Assembly: GCA_951406725.2 (NCBI GenBank)
Contig: OX597825.1
Location: forward strand, 75,702,001 to 75,766,000
DNA length: 64,000 nucleotides
DNA from: Octopus vulgaris
Taxonomy: Eukaryota
Direction of reading: 5' to 3'
How positions within the stretch are numbered: the stretch's first letter is position 1; the number at the start of each line of letters is the position of its first letter. Positions 1 to 11,685 of the stretch are shown in pieces. Position numbers and translations under genes: made by a program. A model generated the notes under the pieces. The model ran no database searches, was not told the origin of the DNA, and saw only the letters and a list, made by a program, of their open reading frames with translations.

Positions 1-593
1 CTACAGTTATCCTCAAAATTACTCATACTCTTGTTAATTTTTTGTGATTTTTTATATTTTTGTGATTAAATGAATGTATTTTCTCAAGTTTGTTTATGGG
101 CGATATGTGACCAACAAGTGAAAGAATAACAACAATACACAATTCAAGAAATTCTTCATTTCAGGGGTGTATACACATATACACATGCACATACAAAAAT
201 ATAGGTCCATACACATATACATACACAGATAAACACCAACACACATATACACATATTTATTTACATATATTCATACATATATACATGCGCACATAAACAT
301 GTATGTATATCAAAAAAGGTGTGGGGAAGAATTAGGTAGATCCACAATGGAAATTAAGAAGATCAAGCGAAAGAAGAGGAAATACAACCAAACGAATCAT
401 ATCTCATCATGAAAATAGATAATTATCAATTTCTTCATGTATCACCAGAGTGACAGTTTAATAACAGCACCAAAAATGTCTGATTGAGTTTAACCCTTTT
501 TTGTTACCATATTTCTATTCAATTATTTTACCTTTGATTTAATTAATTTTGAAAATAAGGAAGAATTTAGAGTAATAAAATTGTTTGTAACAA

Positions 594-810
594 GGTGGTG
601 AGCTGGCAGAATTGTTAGCATGCTGGGCAAAATACTTAGTAGTATTTCATCTACCACAATGTTCTGAGTTCAAATTCCACCAAGGTTGACTTTGCCTTTT
701 GCCCTTTCGGGGTCAATTAAATAAGTACCAGTTATGCACTGGGGTTAATGAAATCAACTAGCCCCCTCCCCCAAATTTCAGGCCTTGTGCCTATAGTAGA
801 AAGGATTATT
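594..810 (+). mobile_element. tRNA-derived SINE family A (Nin-domain-like core), tail variant ending AAAGGATTATT
   Basis: Head GGTGGTGAGCTGGCAGAATTGTTAGC, B-box GAGTTCAAATTCC, core GTTGACTTTGCCTTT..TTTCGGGGTC..TAAGTACCAG; many homologues in the window. Confidence 0.8.
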
Positions 811-1165
811 ATGCTTGTATATGGCAATTTAAAACTGCAGTTAAAATATCTGAATGAAAGACAGAGTTAAGTGAAGTTTACAAATCTAACATACTAACTT
901 CTCTACTCCAATCTATTTAATTAACTCTGAAAATCATATTGAAAATTTTCCAAGCCAAAAGCACAGTCTTGTAATGATTCTGTAGCAAAACTAAGCTGGA
1001 TGAGAGAAGAAGAGATTAGGGATTTTACCCCTTACGAAAGTTCCCTATTGCCCTCCAAATGAAACAAGGTTTGAACATTTCCTTATGGTACTGGATCATA
1101 CAAGAAGTTAAGAGTTAAAATGACACTCATGATGAAAAGTAAACTCCTGAGTATGAAAAATCATT

Positions 1166-1370
1166 AGGTGCAGGCATGGGTGTGTGGTAAGATGCTTGCT
1201 TCCCAATCACATGGTTCTGAGTTCAGTCCTACTACATGGTACCTTGGGCAAGTGTTCTCTATTATAGCTTTAGGCTGACCAAAGTCTTGTGAGTGGATTT
1301 GGTTGACAGAAACAGGAAGAGCCCTGTTGCATTTATATATGTGTGTGTGTGTATATATATATACACACAA
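1166..1370 (+). mobile_element. tRNA-derived SINE family B (CORE-like), 5' half
   Basis: GGTGCAGGCATGGGTGTGTGGTAAG head, GAGTTCAGTCC B-box, ACCTTGGGCAAGTG core; ends in the internal TA/TG microsatellite. Confidence 0.8.
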
Positions 1371-1372
1371 AA

Positions 1373-1678
1373 TATTTTATAATTATATACATAATTATAA
1401 CAAGGGATTGGCTTTATGCCTCACTACATACTGCAAGAAATAGATACTAAGCCTCTATTACCACTTTAAAATCTCCAAGAATAACACACTATATTGTAGG
1501 CAAGCAAAGGTTAACTAACTTCATTGATTCATTATTTTCCTTTTGCTTGCCTACAATGTAGTGTGTTATTCTTGGAGATTTTAAGGTGGTAATAGGGGCT
1601 TTAGTGTCTATTTCTTGCAGTGCATGGTGAAGCATAAAGCCAGTCCCTTGTTATAATTATGTATGTAATTATAAAATA
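1373..1678. repeat. Long inverted repeat (about 138-bp arms, about 28-nt loop)
   Basis: 1373-1510 is the reverse complement of 1539-1678 (e.g. AAAATCTCCAAGAATAACACACTA / TAGTGTGTTATTCTTGGAGATTTT). Confidence 0.9.
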
Positions 1679-1802
1679 GTTTGTAAAATTTACCAATGAG
1701 GCTTTTATTTCTGCACTGACTAGCTAGTAAAATTATTGATTTTACCTTTAGTATAATTAATATTTTACACTTTTAGTATAATTAATATTTGAATATACAT
1801 AC

Positions 1803-1848
<46 letters not shown>

Positions 1849-1850
<2 letters not shown>

Positions 1851-2650
1851 TGGCTGTGTGGTAAGTAGCTTGCTTACCAACCACATAGTTCTGGGTTCAG
1901 TCTTACTGCATGGAACCTTGGGCAAATGTCTTCTACTATAGCCTCGGGCCAACCAAAGCTTTGTGAGATGATTTGGTAGATAGAAACTGAAAGAAGCCCA
2001 TTGTATATATCATCATCATCATTTAATGTCTGTTTTCCATGCTGGCATGGGTTGCACGGTTCCACTGGGGTCTGGAAAGCCAAGGGGTTGCCCCAGACTC
2101 CAACATGATCTGGCAGCATTTCTACAGCTTGATGCTCTTCCTAACGCCAACCACTCTGAGAGTGTAGTGAGTGCTTTTTACATGCCACTGGCACTGGGGC
2201 CAGAGGGTGCTGGCATCGACCACGTTTGGATGGTGCTTTTACTTGCCACTGGCATGAGAGCCAATCAAGTCAGCACAAGAACCAGCCAAGGTGAGGGGGG
2301 TGGCATCGACCATGTTTGGATTGTGCTTTTTACATGTCACTGACACAGGGAGCCAGACGGGCGGGGCTGGCATATACATATATATATATGTATATGTGTG
2401 TTTGAGTGTGTGTGTGTGCATGTGTATATGTTTGCATGTCTGTATTTGTTGCTCCATCATCACTTGACAACTAATGATGCTGTGTTTATGTCCCTGTAAC
2501 TAAGCAGTTCGACAAAAGAGACTGATAGAATAAGTACCAGGCTTTAAAAAGTACTGGGGTTGATTCATTCAACTAAAATTAAAATTATTCAAGGCAGTGC
2601 CCCAGCATGGTCGCAGTCAAATGACTGAAACATGTGAAGGAGAAAAGATA
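1849..2650 (+). mobile_element. SINE family B interrupted at its internal microsatellite by an RTE 3'-end fragment (about 2011-2370, minus strand)
   Basis: 5' half 1849-2005 and 3' half about 2400-2650 match the full copy at 58343-58747; insert starts with (CAT)n and has GGTGCTTTT(T)ACxTG(C/T)CACTG repeats. Confidence 0.8.
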
Positions 2651-2667
2651 AAAAATTATTAAAGATT

Positions 2668-2770
2668 TAGAGCCTGGTGCAACCATCTGGTTCGCCTGTC
2701 CTCAGTCAAATCGTCCAACCCATGCCAGCATGGAAAGCGGAGATTAAACGATGATGATGATGATGATGAC
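2668..2770 (+). mobile_element. RTE-type 3' end with (GAT)n tail
   Basis: GTCCAACCCATGCCAGCATGGAAAGCGGAGATTAAACGATGATGAT, homologous to the RTE 3' UTR at 49390-49868. Confidence 0.75.
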
Positions 2771-3135
2771 GCATCCTTGTCAAATTGAGGACTGACAATA
2801 AATGTGACTATGCAGTAGAGAGAGTGTGTGCGGTCTGGTAAGAATAAATATCACTATATTTTACTGAGGTGGTTTAATATATACCACCAAAATATACTAA
2901 TAATCAGACTACTTTCTACAGCATGCCTCCATTAAATTTTTTATAAACTTTGTGGAATTGCCTCTCTTGATTTTGACAGCAATTACCACTAAAACTAATA
3001 CATTTTCTTTTAATTACATTGGTAATGTAGAAATATGATAAATTCATTTTTCATTTTCACATTAAGTATATTAACTTCCACTTAAGTATACATAAAATAT
3101 TGTTCAACTGAATATCTTATTGTTTTCTTCTGCAG

Positions 3136-3178
3136 TTATTGGCATCTTATTTTTGACCAACATCATTTTCAGTATCAG
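3136..3178 (+). CDS. Internal exon encoding part of a transmembrane helix (xIGILFLTNIIFSI), phase 1 in, phase 2 out
   Basis: Pyrimidine-rich acceptor TTGTTTTCTTCTGCAG, donor CAG|GTAAAA, hydrophobic open frame, phase-compatible with the exon at 11686. Confidence 0.7.
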
Positions 3179-3285
3179 GTAAAATCATATATTATTAATC
3201 TTTACTTTCATTTTATTATCTTCTTTTGTTTGCATGTATGTGTGTGTGTATTTGTGTTTTTGTGCATGTATTTATATATGTGTGG

Positions 3286-3331
<46 letters not shown>

Positions 3332-3439
3332 ATCACACAACCGACCAGACCATCAGATGTTGTTACACATCGCTGGTCACAATGCGTTCGCATTGTTTTA
3401 GCTTTCGAATGACGCCACCCCATTGGCTAAGCGAGCAGG

Positions 3440-3495
<56 letters not shown>

Positions 3496-3510
3496 TATAT
3501 ACACATATAT

Positions 3511-3920
3511 GCACAGGCATGGCTGTGTTTGAAGAAGCTTGCTTCTCAACCACATGGTTCAGGGTTTAGTCCACTGCATGGCACCTTGGACAGGTGTCTT
3601 TTACTACAGCCCCAGACCAACCAAAGTCTTGTGAGTGGATTTGGTAGACAGAAACTGAAAGAAGCCTGTTGTGTATTTATGTATATATATATATATATAT
3701 ATACATTTGTGTGTCTTTGTGTGTGTGTTTATCCCACCTCCATCATTTGACAACCGATGTTGATGTATTTATGTCCCTGAAATGTAGTGGTTCAGCAAAG
3801 AAGACCAATAGAATAAGTACAAGGCTTACAAAGAATAAGCTCTGGGGTCGATTTCTTCAACTAAAGGTGGTTGTCCAGCCTGGCCACAGTCAACTGACTG
3901 AAACATGTAAAAGAGTAAAG
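3511..3920 (+). mobile_element. SINE family B, near full length
   Basis: Head, CORE-like segment, internal (TA)n/(TG)n, tail ACTGAAACATGTAAAAGAGTAAA. Confidence 0.8.
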
Positions 3921-3951
3921 TGTGTGTGTGTATACTTATAGATAAATAGAA

Positions 3952-3996
<45 letters not shown>

Positions 3997-4004
3997 CATA
4001 TATA

Positions 4005-4863
4005 CAGTGTGTGGTGAATAATCTGTCATCTAAATTACACAAAAATGAAAATAACACTAATATCTCATTGTAACTGATGTATTTACTAAAATTAGATAAA
4101 AAATATCTTGAAGTACTAAGGAGTAAATTCATTCAATAAAATCGTCATTGGCTTCAACCTTGGCCTCCAGAGGACTTCAGAATCTCCTGCATATCTTCTG
4201 GATGGTCTCCTTGTTTAAGTTGGTGAATGCTGCCATAGTCCTAGCCTTTTCTTCATATTTGGTGTGACACAGAGTTTCTTGTTCAACACATAATAAAGAG
4301 GGTTGCAGTCTGGGGAGTTAGATAGCCAGATGTTAGGGGTGATGTGGTTGCAGAAATTATCTAACAGCCATGACTGGGTTCTCCTGCACGTGTGGCATGG
4401 TGCAGAGTCCTGTTGCCAGACATAGGATCTTCCCACACCACCCTCTTGACCCAGGGCAGCATTACCTCCTTCAGACACTTGATGTAGCCCTTCATGTTGA
4501 GTGTGAGGTCATGTGGGAAGATGAATAGAGGCATAATGTTGTCATCACAAGTGGTTACTCCAAACACAATTGTGTTGTGTAAATGTCTGATTTTTATCAC
4601 TCTCAGTACATGGATTCAGATTGCACTGTCCTCAGATTGACACCCAAACACTCTGAAATGTTTGTATCAGTGTAAAATATTTGTATCGCTTCTTGTGTGT
4701 TTCCAAATTTCTGGTAGAGTGAATTGTGCCATGGTGCTAATTTTCTCACAGACAGTACCCAACTGACCCTACTGTATTGTGTAGTTGACAAAATCAAAAA
4801 CAAACAATGCACATGCATGAAATTAAAAACAGGAAATGGTGACAATTTACCCATCGCTCCCTG
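4005..4863 (-). mobile_element. Decayed Tc1/mariner-superfamily DNA transposon
   Basis: Transposase motifs YVWQQDSAPCHT and WLSNSPDCNPLYY in ORF 4215-4478; degenerate TIRs CAGTGTGTGGTGAATAATCTGTCA / TGACAATTTACCCATCGCTCCCTG flanked by TA; related fragment at about 20035-20180. Confidence 0.75.
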
Positions 4864-5699
4864 TATACACACACATATATATAACATAAATCAAAGTGGA
4901 GAACAGATATTTGTAGGTCAAATTCCTTTATCATGGGAATACAAAATGCATAAAAAGTTCATCAAGGTATCAGATTTCAAGCGCTCCAATATTGCAATCC
5001 AAAGAAAAGCATTAGTACAAAACCTTACAATCATTTTGGAGAATACGTTTGTATTGGGTGAATTTTCCAGCTAACACAAATAGTCACATTTCCCTCATCA
5101 GATGTACAAAAAATTGATTAAAATAGTTTTTAAATTTGAGAAAGTTTAAAATATCTCCTACTTACAGTACTTGAAATCATATCAGATGATGTTATTGTCC
5201 TTTTTAAAAATATTATAGTTTTTTAAAAGTTTGCAAGGATATAGAAAAAAAGCATTGCGGAGTGTAAAAAGGTTGTGAAATAAGACATTTGTGTGAATGA
5301 AAATAAAAATAAATATATATTATATTTGTAAAAATCAAATGACGGATGCTATATTGGATAATAGAAAGGAAGACTTAAATCAAGTTAACCATTTAAATGA
5401 ACTGTTGGATTGTTTATAATTAAAGATAGTTAAATAATTAAAAATAATTTAAAATAAGTTGAATCTATAGAATGTTGGTGGGAACAGTTTAAAAGTTCAC
5501 ATGATATTTATAATTTACAATGATTGCTGACTTATAACTTATATATATAAGGTTAATAAGTTCAAATACTAAGCTAAGCCTGTGAAGCACTGAGATGTCA
5601 AAGTATATAGAATTTTATGCTTACACTTTAAGTTAGTCATATCGAACGAGAGCGGAAAATTTTTTTTATTATTTTATTAAGGCAAGTCAATGTTCATAA

Positions 5700-6474
5700 G
5701 TTCAGATTCTATCCTTTCTACTCTTTAAAAAACTTAAACGTAGATAAATACTTATGCCTACATACATTATAATGCCTGAGATTTTATTAATTAAAATTTT
5801 CTTGCCTGTATGAAATATACGGATTGCTCACTTCCAGTATACCTTCTATATGGGGTGGTTTCTGACATGATTGACCAGTCTAATCTAAATTCCTTATTCC
5901 GCATTTTTTGTTTATTAATATACATAGCCAGTGCTGTTGCATTTTTGGTTTCTGGGTTTGAGAATGAGCTCATGTGTCTTCTATATCTCGTTTTAAAGTC
6001 TGTAGTAGTCCCTATGTATACTTTCTTAGGTTGGTTGGCTATTACAACCTCAGTCTTGTATACCACGTTTTTCCTAAGGGACATAAATTGCAGGCTTTAT
6101 TCCTGTTATTCATCCCTGTGCATACTTTATATATGTTATTATTAACACTACTCATATTGGGGCTACCCATATTCCCATTATTCCCAAGCTTAAATCTATT
6201 ATTCCCTGCGAATATCAGTCATAAATTCGGTGTAGTTGAGTATAAGAGTTTTAGACAGGATCTATTAAAAATAGAGCAGTATTTGTGGCCCACAGGAAAA
6301 TTCTTATCGACAATACTAAAAAACATTTTTGGGAGATTTTTAACCTGAAGGGAGAAAGCGGAGTTAAACCATATAACTTCCCGTATTCTCATTGTTTTAC
6401 TTCCAGTTTGCCACTGTTTATTATTATTATTTTTATTATTACTACTACTACTACTACTACTACTATTACTACCT

Positions 6475-6510
<36 letters not shown>

Positions 6511-6900
6511 TACATGTTAGGATACCTAGGAAATCTCCTAAAATGATAGGAGTCATGTTGTTCAGGAGGGTTATTTACATGCAAGATATCAATACCGGAT
6601 TCCACTAGATTTGGAAAAAGTTTACTTAATCTGTATATGAATAGGATACATTTAAAATAGTATATATCTTCTTTAAAACTGCTATTCCTCAAAGCTGCGT
6701 TAACAATAGGCACCACATTGTTAAAAACTATTTGGTTTGCCAACAAATTAGATAACCTAATTGAAATCCCCCTAATCAATCCATTGATGATACTTTGTGG
6801 GTGGTTAAATAGTGTATGAATGTATTAGATTGTTTTATTCAGCTTATAAGTAGGGATAAAATAGCTCATTATCCAAATTTTATTCATCACTTTCAATTTT
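5700..6900 (-). mobile_element. Penelope-like retroelement remnant (RT thumb plus GIY-YIG endonuclease), with an internal (TAG)n/(TAA)n tract
   Basis: ORFs 6219-6779 (IRGISIRLSNL, VIWFNSAFSLQVK, LKLLYSTTPNL) and 5791-6084 (NVVYK..VYIGTTTDFKTRYRRHMSSF..ATALA..WSI). Confidence 0.8.
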
Positions 6901-7379
6901 CTCCTAGGAATAACTAATTAAACGAATTCCGCTGTATGTTTTTAAAATTCATTTTATTTTATTTCATTTTAAAAAACTGCTTTTTCCAAAATTAAGTCCA
7001 TAGGCTAAAATACAGACTTAAATAAATTTGTTTAAATAACTTTTTTTTTCTGAAAATAATAAAAATTACTGGGGCTAAACACGAAAAGAGTTTCTGAATA
7101 TAAGCCCACAGACAAAAAACTGGATGGGCTTATTTTTGGAAAAATCCAGCAATGTTTTTATAATTTTTGTTTTAATAAAATATAGTAAATTTCCAAAATG
7201 TTGTTCTTAGCTGTAATACTTTAAGTACAGTAGAATTTTAATTTTAAGTACATTTAGAGGTGACAAAGTGGGCAAATTCCACTGTAGAAATCTTGTTCTG
7301 TATTTTCCCAGGCGTAATAACTAAAGAATTCTAACATGCATACACCTGCATTTTTCATTGTAATATATATGTATATGTC

Positions 7380-7810
7380 ATCACCATGAACATCATCATT
7401 TAATGTCCATTGTCCATGCTGGGATGTGTTGGACGGTTTGACAAGGCTGGTATACTGGAAGGCTGCAACTAATTCCAGTCTGATTTGGCATGATTTTCTA
7501 TGGTTGGATGCCCTTCCTAATGCCAACAACGCCAAGAGTGTAATGGGTGCTTTTATGTGTCACTGGCATGTGTGCCAATTTATGAGACACCAGTATCTGC
7601 CACAACTGCAATTTTGCTTGGCTTGATGGTTCTTCTTCTCAAGTACAACATAATGCCAAAGATCTTGATCATTGCCTCCATGAAACCCAACACTCAAAAG
7701 GAACTCAGCCACTTTGCCTCCGTGAGGCTCAATGCTCAAAATGAACTCAGTCACTTTACCCCTGTGAGGCCCAATCTTTAAAAATGTTCTTTACGTGCCA
7801 TCAGCATGGC
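7380..7810 (-). mobile_element. RTE-type 3' end fragment with about 38-bp internal repeats
   Basis: CATCATCATTTAATGTCC start, GGATGCCCTTCCTAATGCC, repeated AACTCAGxCACTTTxCCxCxGTGAGGC. Confidence 0.65.
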
Positions 7811-7814
7811 CCTG

Positions 7815-8830
7815 TCTATCACATCATTTGATTACCACATTACCCTAGGTCTGGATGGGACTTAGGGTTAGGGTTTGGTCTGTGGCATTCAGCAAGCTGT
7901 CCCTCAGGAATTCCCAGTTGCCCTCAAGTCTGTATCTCCTCCTCCCTTTCATCAAACTTCTCAATTAAGACGTCCCTAAATTTCTGACCATATGAAGGGC
8001 CCTTAAACTTCCAAATTCCTCTTTTCCAGATTGATTTACTTCTTGGCTTTCTTCTGGCCTGGAGTCTAAAGTCACTAATGACTAGTCTATGCTGGGGAGT
8101 ACATTCTTCTCCAGGAAGGGTCTTTGTATTTAGGAGCAACCATGCATCCCACTGTTTGGTGAGAATCTAATCGATCTGGTTAGCACAGACACCTGATTGA
8201 TAGGTTATTAGGAGGCAGGCTGGCTTCCTGATGTTTGTGTTGCAAATCAAAAGGTTATTTGCATCACAGAACTCCAGTAGCCTTGTTCCCTCTTTGCTTT
8301 GGGAGCCAAATCCATAGCCCCCATGCACACCATAGAAGATACCAGGCTGTTGTCGAGCATGCCTGCGGAAATTCCCGGCCATAAAGAGGAGATCATTGTA
8401 ATTTGTATCTAAAGTAGCCTGTAGAAGAATGTCATAAAAGTGTTTTTCTGTTCATTTGGTAGGCCCGCTTGATGGGCATAGGCAGAGATAATTGTCATTA
8501 TACTATACTGTAAGACTAGCCTAAGCTTAAGCACTCTATCACCCACTCTGATTACCTCTATAACCTTATCCATCCATTTCTCTGCAAGAAGTATGACACG
8601 CCACCTACTCCGTCACTGTTACCTTCCCAAAAGATTTTATACCTATATATCTTGCCTGTGAGGAACCTGGCTGAAGCTCCTCTTCACCTTATCTCTTCGA
8701 TGCAACATTCATCAACACGCCTCTGTTCAAGCATCTCAACAATCTTGCTAGACCTACCTCTCAGTGTGCCTACATTGATAGTGCCAAATCAGAAAACTAG
8801 GAAACGGACGTGGGCAGGAACATGGAAAGA
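7815..8830 (-). mobile_element. RTE LINE remnant, AP endonuclease region
   Basis: HGGYGFG..EGTRLLEFCDANNLLICNT, ITYQSG..QID, PQHRLVISDF; homologous to 39290-39800. Confidence 0.8.
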
Positions 8831-9305
8831 AGTGATTTTATTCAGCACCTGAATATATATATTTAAAAATCAAAAAGAGTAGTATAAAATATGGATTCAG
8901 AGAAGCTTGTAGATATCACAGTAAGCTCTTCCTACAGTCTTGGCTATCAGTTCATGTCGAGATCAATTACAAAACTTATGACATAAAGTTTCTGTGTAAC
9001 TGGAAAGCCTGAAAATCCGAGTGATAAATTATTCTGTGAGGAGAATATGAACCACAAAAGTCAGATGGTGTGAGAGGTGAATATCAATTAATTTAACTGC
9101 CTGATGACCAAAGAATTCTGGATGTTTTGCTACCTTCTTCATGTAGTATTAATATGTACACTCCATATTACACAATACAATCATATATTCACAAATTAAT
9201 GCATCTAAACAGAGCTAGCTTATCAGATCACCAGAACCTCATATTTATATTGTTCACAGAAAATTCTCTCTTTAGATATGGAAAGTCTGAACTGGAAAAA
9301 AATTA

Positions 9306-10983
9306 TTGGGTCATTCCATAGATAACACAATTCTTATACACTTCTTTTATCTTTCAAAATTGAGATAAACAAAGTTCTTTTTTACTTAAAATATAGTCTC
9401 ATTCATATTCTACAATTCTCTTCCATCTGTCTAGTACACTTGCAAGGCCCCTCTTCCAAAATTCACTTGTCCGTGATGAAAAGTACTCCTCCGGTACTGT
9501 TTTGACCTTGTCTACAAAATTCATATTTTTTCCATCCAAATGATTTTAAAAACTGCAGAATAACTGTTAATCAGATAGGGCAATGTCTGGCAAATATGAA
9601 GGGTGGGGCATCATTTCCTATTCACACTGCTTCAGCCTTTGGAATGTCATTCTTAGCTGATCACAGTAGATCTCCTTTGTTATCATTTGGTTTGGGTTTA
9701 AAAGTTCAAAGTAGACTAAACTTTTCATATCCCACCAAACAGATAACAACACCTTATGTGTGTGAAGATTTTCCTTAGCCTGGGGTCCCACTGTTTCTCC
9801 TTTCCCTACCCACATTCTTCAGCTTTTGACATTTTTATAGAGTTCTCATTTCTCATCACCAGTCACTATTCGATCAAAAAAAAGGTCCATTTGTGATATG
9901 TGACAGTAAAGAAGAGTACACATTCACTCTCTGCATGTGATTAGACTTGGAATGTTTATGAGGAACTCCTTGACCCAATTTGCTGACTTTTTCAATGGCA
10001 TGCAGCAGTTGATGAATAGCTGAATGACCAAATCCAAGCTTCTCTGCTAGTTTCTCAACAGTTACAATGGGATTTTGTTCCACCAGGGTTTGTAGGATGT
10101 TCTCGTGAAGCTCTACAGATTTTCCAAGATGTGGAAAATCGAAATCGATCAACATCAATGGAAATTGCAGCTGTGATACTAGTGACGGTGAAACGTAAGA
10201 GAACCATCTGAACGTGGCCATTGCCAGCACCGCCTTGACTGGCCTTGTGCTGGTGGCACGTAAAAAGCACCATCCGTTTGTGGCCGTTGCCAGCCTCACC
10301 CGGCCCCCGTGCCAGTGGCACGTAAAAAGCACCATCCAATCGTGGCCATTTGCCAGACTCGCCTGGCCCTCGTGCCGGTGGCACGTAAAAAGCACCATCC
10401 GATCGTGGCTGATTGCCAGACTCGTCTGGCACCTGTGCCGGTGGCATGTAAAAAGCACCCACTACCCTCACAGAGTGGTTGGCGTTAGGAAAGGCATCCA
10501 GCCGTAGAAACATTGCCAGATCAGACTGGGCCTGGCGCAGCCTTCTGGCTTCTCAGACCCCAGTTGAACCGTTCAACCCATGCTAGCATGGAAAGCGGAT
10601 GCTAAACGATGATGATGTGGCTCATCTTCTAGGTTGTTGTTCCAAGCTCAGAATTTCTGGAACTACTGCTGACATTGGCTTATGCATATTGTCCAATCAC
10701 CATATGTTGCATTAATATTCTTCACATTTTCACTGCATTGTTGCCTTTACGTAACTCATAAAACAAAATATGCCAAATATGCTCCTTTGTCACTTCCATT
10801 TTAGCTTTGAAGAAATAACTGCTAAAATCCAACTGCACTCTTCAAAACTTGTACTAAGAATAAGTATACGGTAAAATTACTCCCTGCTTTTATAGCATGT
10901 TGATGCAGGTAGTTTATCCTGCCCCCTCTGACTTTTAGTTCATGCAATTTTTAAAAAACCACATAATTTATGGTATGACTCAA
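9306..10983 (-). mobile_element. Mariner transposon (decayed, full length with TIRs), interrupted by an RTE 3' fragment
   Basis: TIRs TTGGGTCATTCCATA / TATGGTATGACTCAA flanked by TA; transposase pieces LVEQNP..LAEKLGF, KVLLSVWWD..YFELL. Confidence 0.85.
10135..10613 (+). mobile_element. 5'-truncated RTE 3' UTR insertion with 62-63-bp tandem units and a (GAT)n tail
   Basis: GTGGCAYGTAAAAAGCACC at 10253, 10315, 10378 and 10441; apparent TSD GATGTGG at 10128-10134 and 10614-10620. Confidence 0.8.
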
Positions 10984-11055
10984 TACTTTGTTCTGGTCAG
11001 TAAAAGGTAAACAACAGAACAAGGACATACTGTGGTGCTATTCATTATAGAAAAA

Positions 11056-11176
11056 TTTTAGAAATTTTTACTACCAGTGGTCTATCATGTAGAAAAATTA
11101 GTCAATAGACTATATATTATTCATATAGAGTGTACATTTAAATACACTAAGCCACTGGTAGTAAAAATTTCTAAAA
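11056..11176. repeat. 25-bp perfect inverted repeat with a 71-bp spacer
   Basis: TTTTAGAAATTTTTACTACCAGTGG / CCACTGGTAGTAAAAATTTCTAAAA. Confidence 0.85.
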
Positions 11177-11211
11177 TATTTTCTCACCCTGATATTATTA
11201 ATTATATACAT

Positions 11212-11270
<59 letters not shown>

Positions 11271-11295
11271 TACATACATACATATACGTACATAC

Positions 11296-11330
<35 letters not shown>

Positions 11331-11443
11331 CATATATATGCATACACACAAACACACACACATACATATATATATTAATAATAATAATATGACAACAAAA
11401 GAATGAATGAGACCTCGATATTGTGTAAATAGAAGAATTTATC

Positions 11444-11662
11444 TATAATGTAATATGTGACAATTAGTCGGTTGCCATAATAAAACTCCGAGTTTCAGAT
11501 GTTGGGGCAGAACTCTACTCAGGCATCTCGTCAGTTATTAAGACAAACAGCATTTTTGTTTGTCTTAATAACTGATGAGATGCCTAAGCGGGGTTCTGCA
11601 CTGACATCCGAAACTTGGAGTTTTATTATGGCAACCAACTGATTGACAAATATTACATTATA
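11444..11662. repeat. Palindrome with about 106-bp arms and a 7-nt loop
   Basis: 11444-11549 vs 11557-11662 align as reverse complements, about 14 mismatches and no gaps. Confidence 0.92.
11556..11638 (+). ncRNA. Putative type I hammerhead ribozyme (mirror copy on the minus strand in the left arm)
   Basis: TAATAA-CTGATGA-GATG..CATC-C-GAAAC-TTGGA-GTT^TTATTA: conserved core, stem I TAATAA/TTATTA extended by TTGTC/GGCAA, stem II GATG/CATC, minimal stem III; one extra nucleotide before GAAA. Confidence 0.6.
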
Positions 11663-11685
11663 TATATATCTTTTGTCTATTGCAG

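Noticed and set aside
2790-2845. Candidate upstream exon ending CTG|GTAAGA
   Set aside because: The phase-1 frame needed to join exon 3136 contains a TAG, and there is no convincing acceptor
3226-3941. ORFs rich in YI, CV, HT or LS dipeptides, here and at 11077, 23249, 30171, 32143 and 45187-45845
   Set aside because: Translations of (TA)n, (TG)n and (CTAT)n microsatellites and SINEs
10253-10460. CRISPR-like pattern (19-bp repeat with about 43-bp spacers)
   Set aside because: The spacers are homologous to each other, the array is part of an RTE 3' UTR, the context is eukaryotic and there are no cas genes
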